NCBI GenBank assembly: GCA_947591175.1
Contig: CANQDB010000092.1
Location: 1-5,098 of the forward strand
From: an uncultured Bacilli bacterium
GTDB lineage: Bacteria > Bacillota_I > Bacilli_A > RF39 > UBA660
DNA: 5,098 nucleotides
Direction: 5' to 3'
Shown here: one piece after another, positions 1 to 5,098 of the stretch
Layout of the letters: every line of letters starts with the position of its first letter
How positions within the stretch are numbered: the first letter of the stretch is position 1
The notes under the pieces: generated by a model
The model's database searches: none
What the model was told of the DNA's origin: nothing
What the model saw: only the letters and a program-made list of their open reading frames with translations
Translations under genes and position numbers: made by a program

Positions 1-1691
1 TTGACTAATTTTTGTTTTCCATATACAATTCTTTTGATGAGTTTAAATTTGTTGTTGTTACCTTCAACAAATCCAGAATTTATCTCATTAGATATTGCGT
101 TTTTAACGGGTGCAATATCTTTTTTTAATCCATTACAAAATGAATTAATTTTTGAGTTATATTTTTCAATAAACATATCTAACTCAGTAGGATTATTTCC
201 AAACATTATTTTATGAAAATCATAAAATATATTTTGAACATCTTTAACTATAGGATACTTATCTTTAATTAGATTAATATATTTTTCAGTCTCTTTGTTT
301 TTCTTCTCCTCATCTATTATTAAAATGTTTTTTAAGAGTTCTAATCTAGTAATTACTACAACATCATCTGGATAGGTATACTGTTCAAATATTAACTTTG
401 AACAATTATAAGATAAATTGTTATTTTTTATCAAACTGAATATATATCCTTTTAGGGTACCAATAGAACCAAGATATCCTTTTTGAACTACATACTCAAT
501 AATATATTCTAAAGATATTTTATCTAATAGCATTTTATATATTATATTTGTAAAATTATCTAAAACTCTATTTTCTTTTGTGACATTTATAGAGGATACA
601 TTTTCTACCTCTTCGTCTGTCATTTTTATGTATTTCTTTAGTGTATTTCTAGATACATTGAATTCATCCATTATTTTTTTATGACAAGATTCTTCTTTTG
701 CTCGTTTACGTATTTTTTTAATTTTATCTTTTTTATCATCTCTTTTTTTCTGATATTTTTGATAGATATTGGAATTCTTATTAAGTAAATCCTTATTAAA
801 GTAAATTATATTCCCATCCTTGTCTTTTGGTGGAGAGTTATCATAATCCATTTTTTCTAGTTTCGCATTATCAATGTTTGTTTTAATTGGAATTTTTTTA
901 ATATTATTTTTATCTTCAATTTTAGAATTTTTTATAAATATTTTTTCGGGTATTTCTTTATAAAATATATCTTTTAAATATTCTATTAAATTTTGAAACA
1001 AATGAAATCTGTCTGCTACTTGCATACAATTAGGTAAGACTTCGCTTATTACTGTTGCATAAGCACTAGCTCTATCTCTAGCAACAGTTTTAATTTTAGG
1101 GTGTTTTATTAACCAATCCCGTATGCTATTTGAATCTCTTCCTTCTAAAAGTGCAAGTAAATGATGATCATTTAAATCATATATTGCAGTAGCATAAGTT
1201 TGCCCCTTTCTTATTGCAACATCATCAATTTCAACTTCCTCAATATCTGGATTGTCAATGGCTTCAATTTTATGAATAATTCTATCAATTGTATCAGCAC
1301 TCACTTTAACTCCCAAAAAAGACAATATAAGTGAAGTAGCACTGGAACTCATAAAGATTGAAATGGATAAAATAAGTTGAATTAAATTATCCGTCATGAC
1401 TTTATTTTTTCGAGCAAAAGGCAAAGATTCGTTAAATGTTGTTATTTCACATTCTTCATTAAGACACTCATATTCATAAGCATTTACTACTAACCAAGTT
1501 TCTACATTTTGAATAGGGGTATCTTGTATTTTCCTTTTATATGTTGAATGTTTTTTGCTACTTATTTTTTTACATTTTGGACATTTACAATTTTCTGTAT
1601 TAGATTTTATATATATCATGTTTTTATCGTTTATTTTTTTAATATCTTCGATGTAAAAATTTTCTCCATAACTTAATATTTTTTCTATCAC
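1..1691 (-). CDS. ISL3 family DDE transposase, 3' end outside the window (563 codons visible)
   Basis: Hand translation of the minus strand from GTG at 1689-1691 stays open to position 1. An in-frame TAA at 1707-1709 closes the frame upstream. N-terminal zinc-finger region: NCKCPKCKKISSKKHSTYKRKIQD...YECLNEECEITTF (zf-ISL3-like). DDE core: IDDVAIRKGQTY (DD at 1221-1226), KTVARDRASAY (D at 1074-1076), ADRFHLFQNL (1002-1013). C-terminal signature: SGFVEGNNNKFKLIKRIVYGKQ (E at 63-65). Confidence 0.9.
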   Translation of the reverse strand, partial: MIEKILSYGENFYIEDIKKINDKNMIYIKSNTENCKCPKCKKISSKKHSTYKRKIQDTPIQNVETWLVVNAYEYECLNEECEITTFNESLPFARKNKVMTDNLIQLILSISIFMSSSATSLILSFLGVKVSADTIDRIIHKIEAIDNPDIEEVEIDDVAIRKGQTYATAIYDLNDHHLLALLEGRDSNSIRDWLIKHPKIKTVARDRASAYATVISEVLPNCMQVADRFHLFQNLIEYLKDIFYKEIPEKIFIKNSKIEDKNNIKKIPIKTNIDNAKLEKMDYDNSPPKDKDGNIIYFNKDLLNKNSNIYQKYQKKRDDKKDKIKKIRKRAKEESCHKKIMDEFNVSRNTLKKYIKMTDEEVENVSSINVTKENRVLDNFTNIIYKMLLDKISLEYIIEYVVQKGYLGSIGTLKGYIFSLIKNNNLSYNCSKLIFEQYTYPDDVVVITRLELLKNILIIDEEKKNKETEKYINLIKDKYPIVKDVQNIFYDFHKIMFGNNPTELDMFIEKYNSKINSFCNGLKKDIAPVKNAISNEINSGFVEGNNNKFKLIKRIVYGKQKLV

Positions 1692-1729
1692 ACTAACAAC
1701 TACTCCTTATAGTATAAAGTTTAACATAT

Positions 1730-1756
1730 AAAAAGTAGATTTAAAATCTATCTACT
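1730..1756 (-). terminator. Weak hairpin plus T-run inside the IS leader. It may block read-through from outside into the transposase gene.
   Basis: AGTAGAT (1734-1740) pairs with ATCTACT (1750-1756), giving a 7-bp stem and 9-nt loop. On the minus strand it is followed by TTTT (plus-strand A run 1730-1733). The stem is AT-rich, so predicted stability is low. Confidence 0.25.
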
Positions 1757-2164
1757 AAAAATTACACATATACTTAAACTTGCGGAAGAGCCACTTTTTA
1801 ACCAAATATCAAGAGATTCTTTTTTACCATTTGAATAGTTTGTTTTAATTTTTATTTCACTAGCATTTTTCAAAATAAGTTCTCTTTGCTTTTTAGAATC
1901 AGGTGCTGCATATATTTCTGTAGTAGTTATTGTAGAATGTCCAAGAAAATCTTTTATGTATAAAAGTGGGGTACCATTATTATAAAGATGTGTAGCTTTG
2001 GAATGACGAAAACTATGAGGATGGTAATTTCCTTTAAAATATCTTGGGTATAAAATTTTTAATTTATCTACTAAAGTTTTAATAATAAAATTTATTCCAA
2101 ATCTTGAATATTTAATATGATTTTTAGAATAAAACAAAAATCCATCTCCATAATCAAAATACAA
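1748..2164 (-). pseudogene. Tyrosine recombinase (phage-integrase family) fragment: C-terminal catalytic half only, 5'-truncated and disrupted at the 3' end by the IS
   Basis: HPHSFRHS (2000-2023, the HxxR box), LGHSTITTTEIY with catalytic Tyr at 1910-1912. The N-terminal SAM-like domain and the first catalytic Arg are missing. The ORF-track start is a TTG, but the same frame stays open upstream to 2221 (YNFFSVVELVKLLNKYFKQ...), so there is no real start. The last 14 codons (GSSASLSICVIFSR, 1748-1792) are read from the IS terminus. Confidence 0.85.
1766..1792. repeat. Terminal inverted repeat of the ISL3 element. The outer boundary is supported; the inner extent is a guess.
   Basis: Minus-strand GGCTCTTCCGCAAGTTTAAGTATATGT. 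The partner IR is outside the window, so the length cannot be verified. Confidence 0.5.
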
Positions 2165-2193
2165 CTGTTTAAAATATTTATTTAATAATTTTA

Positions 2194-2886
2194 CTAATTC
2201 GACAACGCTGAAGAAATTATATCATCTTTCCCAAATATTAATAGACAAGCTAAATTAAAGCCTTCTTTACCAGTCTCTAAATTTCTTTCATATAATCCAG
2301 CACTTCTTAACATTTCTTCATTGTTCATTTTTGACCATGGATGATTTGAAGTTCTATTTGAAGCCATTTTTCTAGCTTCATCAATTAAATCTATTCTTAA
2401 ATCATTCATTGTTGCAAATGGATATATTTTATTTTCTATATAAGTACTTCTTTTTCTAATGTACAAATTAGATATTAAAGTAGTATTATTGGTTATATCG
2501 AAATCTCCGTCTTCGTTTCTATCATAAATTTTATTTGCCGTTTTATGAACATCTGAACTTTCGTGAACATAAATATATAATATGTGCTTATCTTCATAAA
2601 TATATTCTTTTATATCAAGATGAACCGTCGGGAATAGTTTTTCAGGATTATTGCATAAATCTACAAATTCTTTTTTCATTGCTTTAGCATAATCTTTATA
2701 TACACCAATTACTTCAGATTCATTATTGACACCTAAAAATATATGTCCACCATTTCTATTTAACATTGAGCAAACAGATTCAAACAAAGAATTAGGTAAA
2801 CTCTTTTTTGCTTCTTTATACTCAATTGTTGTTCCTTCTCCTGCTTCAATAAACTCAATAAGATTATTAGGTAATTTTTCTATCAT
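2194..2886 (-). CDS. AlbA_2 (Schlafen-like, 'divergent AAA') DNA/RNA-binding domain protein, probably 3'-truncated
   Basis: EGTTIEYKEAKKSLPNSLFESVCSMLNRNGGHIFLGVNNESEVIGV matches the E-x-K ... N-x-GG-x-I-x-GV core of AlbA_2 domains. The later ...NLACLLIFGKDDII region matches the (A)GLLLFGK segment that normally leads into a C-terminal ATPase-like/HTH half, which is absent here. Preferred start is ATG at 2884-2886, 9 nt downstream of AGGAG (2896-2900), rather than the ORF-track TTG at 2919, which overlaps the candidate -10 element. Confidence 0.75.
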   Translation of the reverse strand: MIEKLPNNLIEFIEAGEGTTIEYKEAKKSLPNSLFESVCSMLNRNGGHIFLGVNNESEVIGVYKDYAKAMKKEFVDLCNNPEKLFPTVHLDIKEYIYEDKHILYIYVHESSDVHKTANKIYDRNEDGDFDITNNTTLISNLYIRKRSTYIENKIYPFATMNDLRIDLIDEARKMASNRTSNHPWSKMNNEEMLRSAGLYERNLETGKEGFNLACLLIFGKDDIISSALSN

Positions 2887-2909
2887 AGTATGTAGCTCCT
2901 TTTTTATTA

Positions 2910-2918
2910 ATTGTACCA
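2910..2918 (-). promoter_or_regulatory. Candidate extended -10 promoter element for the AlbA_2 gene
   Basis: The minus strand reads TGGTACAAT (TGnTAnAAT-like), about 23 nt upstream of the ATG at 2886. There is no good -35, only a GAC core in AAAGACTT 16 nt upstream. Confidence 0.3.
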
Positions 2919-3131
2919 AATTCCTAACACAAAGTCTTTAGTTTTAGAAAAAATTGGATGCATTTTTTTGTAGGTAAAGACGTTTTTGTAAAAAGACGAG
3001 CAATGGGAAGTTATAATAAAATAATAGTACAACAAAGATTAAAACAAGTAAGAATAGGGTGAAGAATTGATGGTGATAATTATTTAATAATTTTAAGATG
3101 TCATCAAGAAAGTGAGCATTGGGTTGAAATA

Positions 3132-3170
3132 GAAAAAATAGTAATTGATTATTTAAGTCAATAACTACTA
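3132..3170. terminator. Bidirectional intrinsic-terminator-like hairpin between the RT gene and the convergent short plus-strand frame
   Basis: Plus-strand TAGTAATTGA (3139-3148) pairs with TCAAT..TACTA within 3158-3170, giving a 10-bp stem with a 3-nt bulge and a 9-nt loop. On the minus strand it is followed by TTTTTT (plus-strand A run 3133-3138), and on the plus strand by TTTT (3171-3174). It lies about 50 nt downstream of the RT stop. The stem is AT-rich. Confidence 0.35.
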
Positions 3171-3217
3171 TTTTATCCTCCCAAATTTTTTACAATCATG
3201 AAAACAAACCACCTGCA

Positions 3218-4315
3218 TCATGTTATTTTATCCTTACCATACGATAGTTTACAAGACCTAAAAGAATAATTAGGATAATTACCTAGAAAAGTAAATGTCG
3301 AAAATAACTTTCTCTGTAAACAGTAACTATCCGCATGTGAACTATGTCCCAAAAAAGAATTCCAACAAATCAAAACTTGATGAATATCAGAATTCTCTGA
3401 TTCACTCAGACTATTCCAAATTTTAATCTTTTTCTTAATCTTAATAACACTTCTTTTCCTTATTAAACGATGAGTTTCAAAAACTCTATAGCCACAAAAA
3501 TCAATTCCCCTTTTACTGGGGAAATAACAACTTTTAGGGTTTAACTTAAGTTTTAATTCCCAGCATAAAAAGTGTTGTATAGCACTAAATATCCTTTTAG
3601 CTTCTTCTTTAGAAGAAACTAAAAGAACAAAATCATCCATATAACGTAAATAATATTTTATATGTAATTCATGCTTAACAAAGTAATCCAATTTACTTAA
3701 ATATATATTAGCAAAATATTGTGAAGTATAATTTCCGATAGGAATACCTACTTTACCAGCACTATTTTCAAAAATCAATTGATGTGTAAAAGCAAGAAGA
3801 TCCTTATCCTTGATAAACTTTTTTAAAATATCATACAATATATCTAAATCAATCGAATAAAAGAAATGATGAATATCACACTTAATAACATAATATGCAC
3901 CATACTTTCTATTCATAATACGCATATATTTTTGCAAGTTAGTTGATGCTAAATGAATACCCCTATTATCAAGACAAGCATAAGTATCCTTAATAAATCG
4001 TGGCACAATATAAGGTTTAATAAATTCTCCAATATACCACTGTAAAACAATGCGATCTTTATAAGGAAGAGCCAATATCTCTCTTCTCTTTGGTTCATAA
4101 ATTGTAAAATGATAATAAGGGGTTAAATGATAAGTACCATTTTTTATACGCTGAACAAGACTCATTAAATTAGTTTCTAAGTCCAACTCAAAAGTAAGTA
4201 TTTCTTTTGTTAAAGTTTTATGTTTACAAGTTCTCAAATAAGCTTCATAAAAACAAGAGTAATTAAGTTTATCACTTAATTTTACCTTTAGGCTTTTTGG
4301 CACGAAGCAATCCAT
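3218..4315 (-). CDS. DGR-type reverse transcriptase
   Basis: Recognisable RT motifs: IYEPKRREILALPYKDRIV, YACLDNRGIHLA, YVIKCDIHHFFYSID, GIPIGNYTSQYFANIYL (IGNYTSQ at 3719-3739, the DGR-diagnostic [I/L/V]GxxxSQ), YLRYMDDFVLL (YMDD at 3632-3643), LKLNPKS, IDFCGYRVF, and the C-terminal WNSFLGHSSHADSYCLQRKL typical of DGR RTs. There is no maturase/X or endonuclease domain. Start could be ATG at 4315 or GTG at 4303. Confidence 0.93.
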   Translation of the reverse strand: MDCFVPKSLKVKLSDKLNYSCFYEAYLRTCKHKTLTKEILTFELDLETNLMSLVQRIKNGTYHLTPYYHFTIYEPKRREILALPYKDRIVLQWYIGEFIKPYIVPRFIKDTYACLDNRGIHLASTNLQKYMRIMNRKYGAYYVIKCDIHHFFYSIDLDILYDILKKFIKDKDLLAFTHQLIFENSAGKVGIPIGNYTSQYFANIYLSKLDYFVKHELHIKYYLRYMDDFVLLVSSKEEAKRIFSAIQHFLCWELKLKLNPKSCYFPSKRGIDFCGYRVFETHRLIRKRSVIKIKKKIKIWNSLSESENSDIHQVLICWNSFLGHSSHADSYCLQRKLFSTFTFLGNYPNYSFRSCKLSYGKDKIT

Positions 4316-4719
4316 CCTCCTAACAAATTACCAAGATTATAAAGCTTTTTACACCAAGCACTATAATTTTTATTACTAATATACTTTTTTCGATAAGAAA
4401 TACGAGCTAAAGCTTTAATAAATTTTAATTGCACATCCAATTCAAATAAATAATGCAATTTATCTTTTTTTTCATAAAAACGATAAGCAAACAGTATATC
4501 TTTTAAGCCATCGTAAATAGCCTCACGAACATCAGCACTAAGACCATAACGTTCACTTTTAGGATATTTAAGTAATAAAGTAGTTGTATAAATGATCATT
4601 TCTATATATTGCCTATAGATAAGTAGTCCTTCTACCCCTTCATTTTTCTTGAGCACTTCTAAAATATCTTCTTCGCCTTTCTTGATGTCTACTAACGTAA
4701 CTTTATCATTATTACTCAT
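4288..4719 (-). CDS. avd: Avd (accessory variability determinant), four-helix-bundle protein of the 23S rRNA-intervening-sequence protein family
   Basis: YPKSERYGLSADVREA (YPKSERY at 4546-4566) matches the FPKxE+xxLxxQ+RRA-type signature. C-terminal NLGNLLGGWI (GGW at 4312-4320) matches the conserved Avd C-terminus. Size (143 aa), helical heptad-like composition and position directly upstream of a DGR RT all fit. Strong RBS AAGGAGAGG 7-8 nt upstream of the ATG at 4719. Confidence 0.85.
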   Translation of the reverse strand: MSNNDKVTLVDIKKGEEDILEVLKKNEGVEGLLIYRQYIEMIIYTTTLLLKYPKSERYGLSADVREAIYDGLKDILFAYRFYEKKDKLHYLFELDVQLKFIKALARISYRKKYISNKNYSAWCKKLYNLGNLLGGWIASCQKA

Positions 4720-5098
4720 GATTACACCTCTCCTTTAATTCAACTAATATTTGAAAAGCATCCATTGGACTTATTTTATAAATATCTAGTTGTGATAAAT
4801 ATTTTTGAACATCATCGGAAGAATCACAATTAGTGGATTTCAAATGATGTTCTTGATTAATAATCTTATAATTGATTTTTTTATTATTTAATATCTCTTG
4901 ATATTTTGAAAGTGCATTTTTAGGAAATCCACACTTCATAATATCTTTGGTAAAAGATAATTCTTTCAAAGAGAGAATAGAGGACATAATGTGAGAATCT
5001 TCATCGAGAAACAAGTAAAAAGCCCCACATTCAAATAGATAATAACAATCTTTATTTTCTTTTTTTAAATCCAAATACTTTTCGTATATATAACTCAT
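4712..5098 (-). CDS. Mini MutS-like protein (MutS mismatch-binding domain I plus a MutS C-terminal-like helix), a DGR accessory gene
   Basis: YEKYLDLKKENKDCYYLFECGAFYLFLDEDSHIMSSILSLKEL...KCGFPKNALSKYQEILNNKKINYKIINQ aligns by eye to E. coli MutS residues ~13-95 ([42 protein letters not shown]...[28 protein letters not shown]). The C-terminus LDIYKISPMDAFQILVELKE resembles the L-(T/S)P-x-(E/Q)A-x-x-x-L-x-x-LK segment near the end of bacterial MutS. The ATG falls exactly at the window edge, so upstream signals are not visible. Confidence 0.7.
   Translation of the reverse strand: MSYIYEKYLDLKKENKDCYYLFECGAFYLFLDEDSHIMSSILSLKELSFTKDIMKCGFPKNALSKYQEILNNKKINYKIINQEHHLKSTNCDSSDDVQKYLSQLDIYKISPMDAFQILVELKERCNHE

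Larger units (their letters stand above)
1..1792 (-). mobile_element. ISL3-family insertion sequence, partial. The transposase-proximal terminus is at 1792; the other end lies beyond the window start.
   Basis: Read on the minus strand from 1792, the sequence starts GGCTCTTCCGCAAGTTTAAG. As I recall, GGCTCTT is the usual ISL3-family terminus. It is followed by a ~100-nt leader, an AAGGAG RBS (1703-1708) and the ISL3 transposase ORF. The flanking integrase reading frame loses homology exactly at this boundary. Confidence 0.8.
3218..5098 (-). other. Diversity-generating retroelement core module (MutS-like, Avd, RT). TR and VR not identified in the window.
   Basis: Three co-oriented ORFs overlap at both junctions (8 nt at 4712-4719, 28 nt at 4288-4315). 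An Avd-family protein sits directly upstream of an RT with DGR-specific motif 4. Confidence 0.85.

Noticed and set aside
1-216. Plus-strand 71-aa ORF from the supplied track
   Set aside because: It lies entirely antisense to the strongly supported ISL3 transposase C-terminal signature (SGFVEGNNNKFKLIKR). It has a TTG start at the window edge and a low-complexity hydrophobic translation typical of antisense reading of AT-rich coding DNA.
1311-1320. Apparent frameshift in the transposase at the A6/T6 run. On a first pass the frame seemed to end ...LILSFFGS-stop.
   Set aside because: A base-by-base recount gives TTG TCT TTT TTG GGA GTT AAA GTG AGT GCT GAT (LSFLGVKVSAD), so the frame is continuous. 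The ORF is missing from the track only because its stop lies outside the window.
2887-2919. TTG at 2919 as the start of the AlbA_2 gene (ORF-track coordinates)
   Set aside because: The ATG at 2886 has a proper AGGAG RBS 9 nt upstream. The TTG overlaps the candidate -10 element and has no RBS.
2726-2941. Plus-strand 71-aa ORF from the supplied track
   Set aside because: It is antisense to the conserved AlbA_2 core (NRNGGHIFLGV). It has no recognisable motifs and no RBS.
2951-2970. A/T-only hairpin AAAAAAT-TGGATGC-ATTTTTT containing an ATGCAT palindrome
   Set aside because: The stem is made only of A:T pairs, which has negligible stability and is expected by chance in DNA this AT-rich.
3060-3220. 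Genetic code 4 (TGA = Trp), suggested by the very low GC content and the TGA-interrupted short frame
   Set aside because: Every conserved Trp checked is TGG (Avd GGW at 4312-4320, RT LQW, transposase ETW and RDW). None of the long ORFs (563, 365, 241 and 143 codons) contains an in-frame TGA, which would be very unlikely under code 4. The RT ends at a TGA at a normal DGR-RT length.
3218-4315. The RT could be a group II intron, retron or abortive-infection RT rather than a DGR RT
   Set aside because: Motif 4 is IGNYTSQ (DGR-type SQ), not the QGxxxSP of group II introns. There is no X/maturase or En domain, and no space upstream for msr/msd or intron RNA domains because the upstream DNA is coding. 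An Avd-family gene is translationally linked.
1-5098. Scan for CRISPR arrays, tRNA or rRNA genes, and long direct repeats (a TR/VR pair) within the window
   Set aside because: No regularly spaced repeats, no cloverleaf-compatible GC-rich segments, and no 50+ bp internal repeat were visible by eye. Nearly the whole window is accounted for by coding sequence on the minus strand.

Overview
Very AT-rich window (by eye about three-quarters A+T, low-GC Firmicute/Fusobacterium-like). All credible genes are on the minus strand. Two parts. (1) 3218-5098 is an intact, tightly overlapping three-gene diversity-generating retroelement (DGR) core: a 128-aa mini-MutS-like protein, a 143-aa Avd four-helix-bundle accessory protein, and a 365-aa reverse transcriptase with the DGR-specific IGNYTSQ motif and YMDD. 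I cannot find a template repeat (TR), variable repeat (VR) or target gene in the window. They are probably upstream of the MutS-like gene, beyond 5098, or elsewhere. (2) 1-2919 is decayed mobile or accessory DNA: an AlbA_2/Schlafen-type DNA-binding protein that looks 3'-truncated, abutting a 5'-truncated tyrosine recombinase. The 3' end of that recombinase is disrupted at 1792/1793 by an ISL3-family insertion sequence. The IS transposase ORF (GTG at 1691, open to position 1) is absent from the supplied ORF track because its stop lies outside the window. I hand-translated it and it is uninterrupted for 563 codons. The 298-bp spacer at 2920-3217 holds a bidirectional terminator-like hairpin, a possible extended -10 promoter, and a short TGA-interrupted plus-strand frame. 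No tRNA, rRNA or CRISPR array was seen. All family assignments rest on motif recognition by eye, with no searches run.
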